This document shows positions 36,901-45,886 of a stretch of 56,474 bases of DNA, piece after piece. Made by a program: the position numbers and the translations under genes. Every line of letters starts with the position of its first letter. Position 1 is the stretch's first letter. The notes beneath the pieces were generated by a model. That model was not told the origin of the DNA. It saw only the letters and a list, made by a program, of their open reading frames with translations, and did not search any database. Source of the DNA: Thermoplasmatota archaeon (GTDB lineage: Archaea; Thermoplasmatota; Penumbrarchaeia; Penumbrarchaeales; Penumbrarchaeaceae); NCBI GenBank assembly GCA_965234725.1, contig CBDDUX010000024.1:1-56474 (forward strand), read 5' to 3'.

Positions 36901-37697
36901 TATGTGTCCCCACCATTATGTGAAACAGCAAGGTAAGGTCTGAACTGTCCATCTCCCCTATCATCATGCCATGTTACGTATACATCATCCCCCCACATGG
37001 CCATGCGACAATATTCATGTTGTCGATGATGCATGCTGTCAGTGTTGACACGTACCATCTGAGACCAGGTTGATCCTCCGTCATCCGAATATGAACTGTA
37101 GATGTTCCAGTATGATCCGGATTCGTTCTTATCCTCCCATACTACGACCATCCTGCCATCATCATTGATCTCAATGCTGGGATTCCTTGCATCATATGTG
37201 GGATATCGTTTTAGAGGATCGATCCTAACGGACCTTGAAAAGTTCTCACCATCTTCTGACCAGGCGATCCTGATCTGTTGTGTGTGCGTAAAGTCCCTGT
37301 CATCGCTCCAGACGACATAAAGCGTACCGTTCGGAGCAAAGGCCATCCTGGGACTGGCTTGAGCGGTCTCGTCATTTGTCTCGTTTCCATCCTTTAATAC
37401 ATCGTCCACCCTGAATGCCCGGGACCAGGTCGCACCGCTGTCGTCCGAATGGGAGACATACGGATTCATCGGCATCCAGCTCATTCCACTCTGAAATGCT
37501 ACATATATTCTTCCGTCATCATCCGTCAGGATGTCAGTAGGGACCTGATTGAATGTCCTCAGTTCTTCCTCCCAGTTCACCAATGAATTTGTCCTGAATA
37601 TAGGTTCTCCACCTTCTGCTGGCTGGACGAATAAAGGGATAGTTGATACTGCAAGGATCAAGATAACTGGAAGGATTCTCCATTTGGACCTTAACAT
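33975..37697 (-). CDS. Secreted, TM-anchored BNR/Asp-box beta-propeller (sialidase-fold) protein with Ig/FN3-like domains
   Basis: Signal peptide; six Asp-boxes (SDDSGATW, SEDGENF, SDDGGSTW, SHNGGDTY, STDGGSTF, STDHGITW); beta-rich stalk; C-terminal TM and acidic tail. Confidence 0.8.
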   Translation of the reverse strand: MLRSKWRILPVILILAVSTIPLFVQPAEGGEPIFRTNSLVNWEEELRTFNQVPTDILTDDDGRIYVAFQSGMSWMPMNPYVSHSDDSGATWSRAFRVDDVLKDGNETNDETAQASPRMAFAPNGTLYVVWSDDRDFTHTQQIRIAWSEDGENFSRSVRIDPLKRYPTYDARNPSIEINDDGRMVVVWEDKNESGSYWNIYSSYSDDGGSTWSQMVRVNTDSMHHRQHEYCRMAMWGDDVYVTWHDDRGDGQFRPYLAVSHNGGDTYKAEVALSDDLELYNSRQWPSPAVDDAGNIYVTWRDKRSGFDEIWFTRSTDGGSTFSDNKKIAIVPEGSEDWYPSTAARLDGVVSVAFQRRVPTKESKDEGEIFYINSTDHGITWNKLMRVDDTDTRWSDITAQTNPVLEFDGSGRALVAWADERNGDRNNYYADVWFSRHSGDLSGPNHEPVIYDESFVGNFSFNPELGSPVSPFFFRCNYSDEDNDRPIVGYPRIHVFNDEAGTDPLISQFIMNKEEPGDYDYIDGALYTAQISLPSTGGRLYYRIEVVEERNPDPVFSSIFKGPMIDAGPPIITILSPTGNTWLSDKLLKLRARIVDPEGGFVEPGSIKLRKSVTGPDNLDKGIPVNTIEKIDNNTFIGEIDVRLEDGIDNYIQFEAKDRVKNLGGSEILNLWIDSTAPYYSGLGPRSTQIYERVNCTIDWMDHVQGSTKPSTGVDISSIMYSYRTTSGPYSDWLVPDGVKELANDSYKAWVELDFENKGIYNFIRWKASDNMGNLRYTHDDPDNPNGGVELKINVRKPDNYPPQFRGEAFPNVISSSTPHFFWDPAFDEEDDIVTYKVMVLKNDLPYINWKNVGERTFFDVDDKDRLDPDWYILRINSTDGHGFDLYDHPFRIIDTGTPPPQDIPGVTSFYTSNQDFTIEWEDTPSWAYMNITYWLRIGTRDWGGDVLEWTPVGPDPLYSLQNLDLGVGVYSIQFMAENNGNFSRVTQTRLKMNDYNIEPRGPQDVYKAYRGRGGGVRVDLFNWAEYQDNLTIRISGDIVDKRWAYIDSDQITVGSDKILTVPDPAPLMITVFPPKDAKKGTYTITLTIISEDGETTVILDNITVKITDKDQEGIGGEITDTLYGLITDVLPFLKPLSPDLISLLFLLFVIIIISILAGLGIFVYRTRGISNSNEDPYAEQRRLYKELYGTEPTEEQLEEMKSGSVVEDVLDGIGEGKVLAGKEFDESFLDSERRFKEEEE

Positions 37698-37862
37698 AAA
37701 AGCTCCTCCGGTATAGGGGTATCCATGCTGAACGACTGGATGGAATCATACTATTACTATTTATATATACTAGTACGGGGAGCAGTGATCTTGATCGAAT
37801 ATACTTGATATGAAAACTCATTCCTTGAAAAAAATAATAATAACAACTCAATTCATTTAAAT

Positions 37863-37890
37863 AAAAAAAAAGGGAGGCCGAAGCCTCCCT
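37863..37890 (-). terminator. Intrinsic-type terminator of the TSP3-like gene
   Basis: Minus strand reads AGGGAGGC-UUCG-GCCUCCCU followed by a U8 tract, 20 nt after the stop codon. Confidence 0.85.
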
Positions 37891-37910
37891 ATCCGATCTC
37901 CTACCCTTTA

Positions 37911-40373
37911 TCAATATGTGACATAAGGGTATCCGGTGAAGGCATCAAGCGATTCCTCCACGTGGATGTTCTGATCGGTATCAATTATCATATCAGCTGC
38001 TACGAACCCGGCCATCACTCCCTCGGGAACCATGAAGTGGAACCCGATCGTGTAGAAGGTCATGGTTGACCAGTAAAGCCACAGGGTGGATCCGGATGGA
38101 TGAAGGGCATTGGGGTCCGGATAGTTGGAGATGTTGATGAAGGGTAGCTCATAACCGCTGTGTCCCATTCCGGTGTTGACGTCGTAATACGGGTCGTCCG
38201 GACCTGGCCAAGGACCGAATCCGTTGATCACATAGGTAGCCGGGTTGAAGGGATCGAACTTCAGCTCATTGGGTATGGCATCCGGATTCAGGTCTGCCAA
38301 AGTCAAAGCGAACATCGGATATTGGGCCTGTTCCGGGGAATAAACCCAATTCCCCATCATATCAACATCACCCAACCTTGGTATGCCGTCACCGTCCACA
38401 TCGTCATCCACATCATATGACACATTGTCCGAAGGACCTTCCCATCCGTTGAAGGCCTCGGGAGGCACATCTATGGATGCGTTATGGAAGGATATCGAGA
38501 CGTTCAAATAGTGGTAGAACGCCCTTTGGAAGAATTCCGATCCCGGTTGACCTTCCTCTATTCCCACAATGATCTCCATGTAAAGGGACATCCCCTTGTT
38601 CATGGTGGAATCGATTATCCTGTATGGGAAGCCATAGTAGTCATGGAGGAATTGGCCAGTGTTCTGATCGAAGCTGTTTATGGTAGGGGCCAGAATTGCT
38701 GCGACCGGGAACTGGGTCCCGGGTCCGAACTCGGGATAATACCACTGGGTTTCACCGCCGGGTTGTGGGTATCCGATCCTACGCAGGGCTATTGCCGTAT
38801 CAAGTCTGTCATCAGGAATGGAAGGTCTGGGATCCCAGTCATCTTCCATCCTATCACCGTCAGTATCATCGGCTGCAGGATTCAGGTCATACATGTTCCA
38901 CCTGTACCTTTTTGGATCGGTGGTTGCAGGACCCCTCTCCTGCCATCCAAGTGCGTCATCCCATGTGATGGCGGCTCCCGGAGGATAGGTATTGATGTAG
39001 GTATCCTGATGCATGAAGATCCTGGCAAAGTCCTCTGCGGTCCATCCATACTGGAGGTAGTATGTATCCCAGCCCCAATACCAGAGGAGCCATGGATTGA
39101 TGTTGAAGAGAACTACATTATACCCGATCTCGTTGGGATCGAACCTGAGGGACCCCAGCTTGTAGGACTTGTCCATCCAATAGGTCCACCATGAATACTG
39201 GTTCATGGTCCACTTTGAGAATCCGGAGGAGGGGTTTGAAAGATCGTGATCCGGGTTCCACCTGTCAGGTTTCCATTTCCCCTGACCGGTGGCGTTGGTC
39301 ACCTGATGGTAACCATATTCGGACCTTGAGTTCTTGTTGATCGGTCCCGGCCCATATGCCTGTGTCTCCTGATCATCGGAGATATCATCCCCATCCGTAT
39401 CATTTGAGTTGGGGTCGAGCCTGAACCTGTATGCGACCATGTAGGTCACGATGGGGTCGAGTCCGCCGCCACCATTCTGCTGACTGGTCGTCCAGGTTAA
39501 CAACCAAAGAGCAATGTCCTGCTCCTCGATATTGAGAATGCCGTCATTATCATTATCCTCCCAGGGGTCCGGAAGTCCGTCATTGTCGGAATCGATGAGA
39601 TGGCCGTCGGTGGAGTCATCGCCGCCGGTCTCGACACCATCGATTAGTCCATCATTATCAGTATCCCAGTCATTTGGATCAAGCCCGAGTCGTAGTTCCT
39701 CGTCGTCCCTGAGACCATCTCCGTCTGTGTCCGGGTTCTGGAAATCTGTTCCCATGGCCATCTCGTCAAGGTCGGTTATGCCGTCTCCATCGTCATCCGG
39801 GTTCCCGTTCCCGTTGCCGTCCCCGTTGCCTCCCTGAGCCGGACCACTGCCTTCTCCACCGGAATCAGGGCCACCGCTACCGCCGCCGCCAGTCCCGTCA
39901 TTGGAGAAATCCCATGGCCATGAATCATCGGGATCAAGCATACCGTCACCATCAGTGTCGGGGTTGTTGGGATCAGTAGGCCTATAAACGTTCTCACCGG
40001 TCTCACTGTCGACACCAGCCAGTCTGAAATACTCATCATAGTTCAGATAGGGGACCTCGACCTGAGTTCCGGTGGCGAACTCTTCACCACTGAAATAATC
40101 AAAATCATCATCTGCATCTGCGGGATCCGTGGGGTCAAGTGAATTGTCAACTTCCCATCCATCGGGAAGACCATCGCCATCAGTGTCCCAGTTGTTGGGA
40201 TCGGACCCTGCCACAAACTCATCGAGATTGTTCAACCCATCCATATCCGGATCGAAATCCCAGTCATTCCCCTTCAGGGGATTCAGTGCCTGTGATATTC
40301 CCACAAGGGCGCTGAATGACATGATCATAACAATAGCTATTGCGGTAGCTCTCCTAAACTCAACGGTTCTCAT
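37911..40373 (-). CDS. Secreted thrombospondin type-3-like (D-x-D-x-D-G) calcium-binding repeat protein
   Basis: Signal peptide; about 11 DxDxDGxxD-type repeats with DP...D spacers; Gly-rich linker; no C-terminal TM helix. Confidence 0.8.
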   Translation of the reverse strand: MRTVEFRRATAIAIVMIMSFSALVGISQALNPLKGNDWDFDPDMDGLNNLDEFVAGSDPNNWDTDGDGLPDGWEVDNSLDPTDPADADDDFDYFSGEEFATGTQVEVPYLNYDEYFRLAGVDSETGENVYRPTDPNNPDTDGDGMLDPDDSWPWDFSNDGTGGGGSGGPDSGGEGSGPAQGGNGDGNGNGNPDDDGDGITDLDEMAMGTDFQNPDTDGDGLRDDEELRLGLDPNDWDTDNDGLIDGVETGGDDSTDGHLIDSDNDGLPDPWEDNDNDGILNIEEQDIALWLLTWTTSQQNGGGGLDPIVTYMVAYRFRLDPNSNDTDGDDISDDQETQAYGPGPINKNSRSEYGYHQVTNATGQGKWKPDRWNPDHDLSNPSSGFSKWTMNQYSWWTYWMDKSYKLGSLRFDPNEIGYNVVLFNINPWLLWYWGWDTYYLQYGWTAEDFARIFMHQDTYINTYPPGAAITWDDALGWQERGPATTDPKRYRWNMYDLNPAADDTDGDRMEDDWDPRPSIPDDRLDTAIALRRIGYPQPGGETQWYYPEFGPGTQFPVAAILAPTINSFDQNTGQFLHDYYGFPYRIIDSTMNKGMSLYMEIIVGIEEGQPGSEFFQRAFYHYLNVSISFHNASIDVPPEAFNGWEGPSDNVSYDVDDDVDGDGIPRLGDVDMMGNWVYSPEQAQYPMFALTLADLNPDAIPNELKFDPFNPATYVINGFGPWPGPDDPYYDVNTGMGHSGYELPFINISNYPDPNALHPSGSTLWLYWSTMTFYTIGFHFMVPEGVMAGFVAADMIIDTDQNIHVEESLDAFTGYPYVTY

Positions 40374-40571
40374 ATCAGATCGCCTTCCTGCTTAACTTCT
40401 TAGCTTCAGAGGATGTTATTAACCTTTCGTTCGCATGTGACATGGTCCAGATGGATCATGAATCGGACTCCTGGTTCATCGCCCCATTGCTATGAATGAT
40501 GGTGTTTCCGTTATTCAATGATTATATAATAATGATTTCCCCCCAAAAGGACGAATTGATCCCTTTATCTT

Positions 40572-43500
40572 CTATGTCAGAAGGTTTTCCTCACGGATAT
40601 CCATTTCACGATAGAGGTCCTCGATCTTGAGTTTCTCATCCTCGGACATGACCTCCACACCCAACTCAAAGAACCGCTTCCGGATACCTCTCATTAGACT
40701 TTCCCTCTGCATCCGTGGGTCCAACCATGCCTTCTTTATCAACCAGTATTCCTTTCTTCCGATGGAATTACTCTGATCGAAATCATCTTCACGTCTGGGT
40801 CCTTTCGTCATCTTCCTCATTATGAGATGAGCTACTGGCCTGGTCCCTTTAAGTACAATATATCCCCGACCTTTTGTCATCATCCCTCGCAAATAAGATG
40901 ATGCCACTCTCCACATCCGATCCTTAGGTGATATAATGATGAATTCATCATCTTTCATACTATCTCTTACAGGGTCAGATCCTTCATCCTTATCGCGAAG
41001 ATAGTAGATGATCTCACCCTCGCCATCCATTGACATGACAAGATGCTCTATCGTCAATTCCGCAAGGATCCTCCTGACCGAAGGTATATCTCCTATCCCT
41101 GGGGAATATTCTAAAATGTCTTCTATCCTGAAAGCCCCGAGGGATAGGGCACATTTCATTACCAAGGCCCTTTGGAGGAGGCCCCTGATCCTTTTACCTC
41201 CCCTCTTACTTCTTTTATTCAACGGATCTTTGAAAGGTATGATCGTACCCCAAGGATCCTCCGTTGCGAAACCGTGATAGACAAGATCCTGACCACCATG
41301 GAGGTTCCCTGTAGCTTTCAGAGCATTGTTCCAATCCTCAATGGACCTCCTCCTTGAAAGGTCCAAAAGTCCAGAAAGAGGATCTGGGATGGTCATTTCC
41401 GTTACAGGATGGATCTGCCTGAAACGTTCTAACTCACTCCTGAATGACCATATGAGAGTAGGCTGGTCCATCAGACCGAGATGCAGCCCGAACCTCTTGG
41501 ATAGGTCCTTGATATCCGAAGTATCCTCATATGCTTGAAGGAGAAGGGAATCCCAATCCTTGATGGATGGAAAGTGATTCTCTTCTACAGAAGTAATTAT
41601 CGATTCCCAATTTTCTTCCAAATGGGACTTGACCCGAGATGTATCAGCCTCTCCAAGTCTCTTATTCCTCTTGGAACCAGTCCTGCTGATGATCTCCCAT
41701 CTGTCTGAGATCCCTCCAAGAAGTTCAACTGCCTGAAGCGGATGGTTAAGATGGTGCCCAGGATATAGATGCTGGTGGATAAGCATATTTTCAAACATAT
41801 CCCTGGTGTCAATATCTCCATTGACAGGGGGAGAGATCTGGAGCATCGATCCTTTGGTGGTCTTGATCGGTAGGAAACCCATAGAGAGAAATGGCTCCTG
41901 TGCTTTTGGAGCCGCCTCCCCGGAAGGTACTCCCATTATCTTCTCGATACGGAGGACCGAGTAACCCATCCTTTTGTAGACAGATATTGATCTGGCAATC
42001 CTGATTGAAAGGTTCTCAAGTCTTGAATATTCCTCTATCTCCAGTGATCTGATCGATATTCGGTCCATTCCCTCTATGATAGTCCATGTTGCACGGTCCC
42101 CATCCGTATCAGTGATCGTAAAATGACTTGTTATCGTGGACCTGACCTTTTCCTTATCGATCCATCTTTGATCGATCCCTGTCAGGACCTTGGCAGGGTC
42201 ACCGTTTCGAAAAGGTCCGTCATACTCTGTAGGTGAGGCCTCATTACCTTTGAATTTAAGGTAGTAACTCGAAGGGTCCGTATCACTATTCCATATCCAA
42301 ATTGGTAAAGGATCTGCATCGCCTCCTTCTTCAGATGATATCATGGGAGGGACCGGTCCTGATCCGAGCATTAGCTCACCGGTCTTAACTCCGAGAAGAA
42401 GGCCTTTTGGAAGACTCCCTTTGGGCCACGACAGCATTATTGACAGTTCTTCCAAGGCGAAAGGACCCATACGCTTAAGGAGTTCCTTCAGGCCGTTCAA
42501 TTGCATTTCCGGGGTCTTCAAGATCTGCAGGTCCTTGTTAGAGGAGTGGATTCCCCCTCTTGCTCCTAGGTGGAACCTTGCTTCTTCTGAGAAAGAACGG
42601 AGATATCCGGAGGTGAAAAGTCGCTCCATGAGATTGGTCAGGTCATCACCTTTCATACCACATAGAACCCCAATTTCACTCCTGGTTATGGGGCCCCTTT
42701 CCATCAACCTGTCCATCAGGTGAGTCGCAATATCCGGGACATCCGGAGTGAGCGAAATGTAGATGTCCTCCCAATCATCTTCGATCAGTCGGTCCTGTCC
42801 CATGATCCTGAAAGGCTTAATAGTGCCTCCCTTCAAAAAAGATCTGAGTATGATGATATCTGTCTTTCCGGACCTCGACATTATATCGAAAGGGTGATTG
42901 AAAAACGGAACTGCTTTCAAAGTAGTTATCGGTCTTTCCCCTCTGATGGTGGTATTGATTCTTATCTTAACGATCTCTTCTCTTGTCATCTCAAGGACCC
43001 TGGAACTGACCACTTTGGTATTGCTTACAGTCATTGGAACTCTGATGAAATCCTTCAGATTCTGGATACCCTCCATCTCTTGCTTTTCAAGTATGTTGAC
43101 CATCATCTCTTTCAGAGGATCAAGGACCCCCTGGACAGAGCTGATATCGAAGGAATCCGTTTCAACCATTGTATCCGAAGGGATTGCTTCAGTTTTTCTT
43201 CTTGTTTTGGTCCTCTTCCATGTGGATATGATGCTGTTACCAGGGATGGAAATATCCTTCCCTGAGGGAACCAATTCCAATCTGGTCTCTCCATTTTCCA
43301 GAGAGGAAAGGACCTCCATGGACCGAGGAAGGTCCATCTTCTCGTTGAGTACCTCCTGGATTGCCTCTTTGCCCAGTAGGACAAGACCTGCCATAGGTCC
43401 TTCCGCCTTCTCCCAACCTCCAACCGAGTAATATTCATTCATGAGCATATCCATTATTGAATTGACACGGTTCCTTTGATAAATGGAACTCGTATCCCTT

Positions 43501-45815
43501 CCACGGAACCTTGTCAACACGAGTAGCGATTTTGCAAGTATATGTGAAAATCGAGTCCGGAACATGGAGGAGGACAGTATCAACTCATGTGACAATTCCT
43601 CGAAATCATCGACACAAAGAGCTTCCAGGATCTGCGTTTCGGTCAGACCTGCAGGAGTTGATATTGCGAAGCCATCATCTGTGGCAATATGATCCACCAT
43701 CGCTCCAAGGTTCCTTCTAAGGCCATAGGCAAGGACTCTTCCAATGGGTTCAGTAACATGCCTTCCAAGGGGCAGGTGGAAAATGTACTGCATCCTTTCT
43801 CTTCCCTTCTTTACCACCTCAACTGGGATAACTCCCTTTTTTGGCATTATACCCCTGGCTTCCAGATGGGACCTGAGATCGCGGAAAGCTACCTGTCCGT
43901 TTGAGTCAAGTTCGACCTTGACCTCTGGATCGGTACCTTTCCTCATCGCCTTGGCTCCATTCCTGAGGAGTGAGTAAATATGGTCGGATATGTGGGTGGG
44001 ACGTGGATTCACCTCACCTGACCATCTAGGAACAGTAGGTTGAGATTCAGGGTCTTCTCGAACCATTATTGCAGATCCCTTGAAACCTATGATCCTGTAT
44101 GATCTTGATCCGAGTAGAATAACGTCCCTTTCATAGAGGGCCTCCCCGAAGTCTCTGGAAAGTGTTCCAATGACCTTCCTCTTGTTCTTCTCGATCACCT
44201 TGAAAGTGGTTTCCTTTGGAATGGTTCCACAATTCAGGTAGAAAGCCTGCCTTGTATTACGCCTGGGGTGAAGTCCACCCTTCTCATCCTCCCACAACCT
44301 CGGTGGGGGTTGGGTCGGACCGGGGAGTCTCTCAACCATGACCTTGATCAGCTGGTCCATCAAATTCTTCCTTAAATTCCGATATGGATAGGCGCGACGG
44401 ACCAGATCCCAAACTACATGTTTATTTTGACCTTCTTCAACAAGTGTCATTCCAATTATGAACTGGGCCAGAACATCCACGGGTGCCTCCTGAACCTTGA
44501 GATTTTCCAGTTCTCCTTTGGATGCAGCTTTGGTCACCGCAAGGCATTCAAGCAGGTCCATTGAACTTGTCGGATAGATCGTTCCCCGGGATATTCTTCC
44601 GAGACCATGCCCGGACCTGCCCAATCTCTGAAGCAGTTTACCAGGATCCTTTGGTGATGAAACCTGATACACCGATCCAACCCTTCCAATATCGATACCT
44701 AGTTCAAGGGATGTCGAGGAGATAATAGCCTTGAGCCTCCCATCCTTCAAGCCTTCCTCTGCTTCTTTCCTCACTTCCGGTCCGAGCGAACCATGGTGGG
44801 GAAGGACACCTTCTATACCTCTTCCGATCAGGGCATAGGCCATTTCTTCAGCTTGTTTCCGGGTGTTGTGGAATACGACAATGGACCCCTCCGTTTCCTC
44901 AATTCCCTCTCCTATGTCCAACAATACCTTTTCTCGGATCATCTCATCATGTTCAATATTATCGAACAAGGTCCGGATCTCAACTTCAATATCCTTCCTG
45001 GAATCGTGCTTTATTACGGATACACTTCGTAATCGTCCATCTTGACCGACTCCTCCAAGATATTTTGCTGCAATGTTTTCAGGTCTTATTGTTGCTGAAA
45101 GCCCTATCCTCTGAGGCTCTTTTCCAGTACTTTCAAAGGATCTCTTGATCAAATATTCAAGTGTAAGCGAGAGTAGGGCTCCCCTCTTTGAAGCAACCAT
45201 CTCATGGACCTCATCAACTATCACATACCGAATATTCTCCAATGTCTCCCGCGCCTTCGAACATGCCATTAGTAGCAGATTCTCCGGGGTCACCACTAGG
45301 AGGTCGGGAGGATCGAGAAGCATTTTCCTCCTCTTGCTTTGTGGTACATCTCCGGTCCTGATCCCAACATCCAGATGAGCATCAGGGAGATTGGGATCAT
45401 TCCTCCTTCTCCCTCTGGCCCTCTCCTTTTTACCTGGTATCCGGCCGATCCCGATCGAGAGTTCCTCAAGGGTTCTCATCATATCGGCGCCAAGAGCCTT
45501 CATAGGGGTGATGTAGAGGATGCTGGTGCCTGTCCTTTCCACATTACCTTTGATTATCTCATCTACCGGAGGGATCACCGCTGAAAGGGTCTTTCCACTC
45601 CCGGTAGGTGATATGACTAAAACATTATTTCCTTCAATGATCTCTGACCAGGCATGTGTCTGCAGTTCGGTGGGAAGACCGATGTTATCTCGGAACCATT
45701 TCCATGTCCTCGGATGCAGATGCCTTTCCATATCTGTAATTCCTTGGAACTCTGAAATGTAACTGCCCCCCCGGCTAAGTGTTTCTCTAACCTCGAACGA
45801 TTGGATACTTCTCAT
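40572..45815 (-). CDS. lhr: Lhr-family SF2 ATP-dependent helicase, long form
   Basis: SPTGSGKT, YITPMKAL, RTGD, DEVH, SAT, HHGSL, LELGIDIG, QRLGRSGH, GTIP and the P.W.GE Lhr signature; roughly 880 extra C-terminal residues; start may be the ATG at 45731. Confidence 0.88.
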   Translation of the reverse strand: MRSIQSFEVRETLSRGGSYISEFQGITDMERHLHPRTWKWFRDNIGLPTELQTHAWSEIIEGNNVLVISPTGSGKTLSAVIPPVDEIIKGNVERTGTSILYITPMKALGADMMRTLEELSIGIGRIPGKKERARGRRRNDPNLPDAHLDVGIRTGDVPQSKRRKMLLDPPDLLVVTPENLLLMACSKARETLENIRYVIVDEVHEMVASKRGALLSLTLEYLIKRSFESTGKEPQRIGLSATIRPENIAAKYLGGVGQDGRLRSVSVIKHDSRKDIEVEIRTLFDNIEHDEMIREKVLLDIGEGIEETEGSIVVFHNTRKQAEEMAYALIGRGIEGVLPHHGSLGPEVRKEAEEGLKDGRLKAIISSTSLELGIDIGRVGSVYQVSSPKDPGKLLQRLGRSGHGLGRISRGTIYPTSSMDLLECLAVTKAASKGELENLKVQEAPVDVLAQFIIGMTLVEEGQNKHVVWDLVRRAYPYRNLRKNLMDQLIKVMVERLPGPTQPPPRLWEDEKGGLHPRRNTRQAFYLNCGTIPKETTFKVIEKNKRKVIGTLSRDFGEALYERDVILLGSRSYRIIGFKGSAIMVREDPESQPTVPRWSGEVNPRPTHISDHIYSLLRNGAKAMRKGTDPEVKVELDSNGQVAFRDLRSHLEARGIMPKKGVIPVEVVKKGRERMQYIFHLPLGRHVTEPIGRVLAYGLRRNLGAMVDHIATDDGFAISTPAGLTETQILEALCVDDFEELSHELILSSSMFRTRFSHILAKSLLVLTRFRGRDTSSIYQRNRVNSIMDMLMNEYYSVGGWEKAEGPMAGLVLLGKEAIQEVLNEKMDLPRSMEVLSSLENGETRLELVPSGKDISIPGNSIISTWKRTKTRRKTEAIPSDTMVETDSFDISSVQGVLDPLKEMMVNILEKQEMEGIQNLKDFIRVPMTVSNTKVVSSRVLEMTREEIVKIRINTTIRGERPITTLKAVPFFNHPFDIMSRSGKTDIIILRSFLKGGTIKPFRIMGQDRLIEDDWEDIYISLTPDVPDIATHLMDRLMERGPITRSEIGVLCGMKGDDLTNLMERLFTSGYLRSFSEEARFHLGARGGIHSSNKDLQILKTPEMQLNGLKELLKRMGPFALEELSIMLSWPKGSLPKGLLLGVKTGELMLGSGPVPPMISSEEGGDADPLPIWIWNSDTDPSSYYLKFKGNEASPTEYDGPFRNGDPAKVLTGIDQRWIDKEKVRSTITSHFTITDTDGDRATWTIIEGMDRISIRSLEIEEYSRLENLSIRIARSISVYKRMGYSVLRIEKIMGVPSGEAAPKAQEPFLSMGFLPIKTTKGSMLQISPPVNGDIDTRDMFENMLIHQHLYPGHHLNHPLQAVELLGGISDRWEIISRTGSKRNKRLGEADTSRVKSHLEENWESIITSVEENHFPSIKDWDSLLLQAYEDTSDIKDLSKRFGLHLGLMDQPTLIWSFRSELERFRQIHPVTEMTIPDPLSGLLDLSRRRSIEDWNNALKATGNLHGGQDLVYHGFATEDPWGTIIPFKDPLNKRSKRGGKRIRGLLQRALVMKCALSLGAFRIEDILEYSPGIGDIPSVRRILAELTIEHLVMSMDGEGEIIYYLRDKDEGSDPVRDSMKDDEFIIISPKDRMWRVASSYLRGMMTKGRGYIVLKGTRPVAHLIMRKMTKGPRREDDFDQSNSIGRKEYWLIKKAWLDPRMQRESLMRGIRKRFFELGVEVMSEDEKLKIEDLYREMDIREENLLT

Positions 45816-45886
45816 ATAATCATTTGGGTTGGATCAAAGATTATTTCGACCACAAGGATTAAGTCCTTTTCTCCTGGTTCCAGTGT

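Noticed and set aside
40476-40487. 12-bp TCATCGCCCCAT shared with 12547-12558; the reverse strand has GGCGATG as in fluoride riboswitches
   Set aside because: One 12-mer match among several kb of intergenic DNA is plausible by chance, and the rest of the crcB motif is absent
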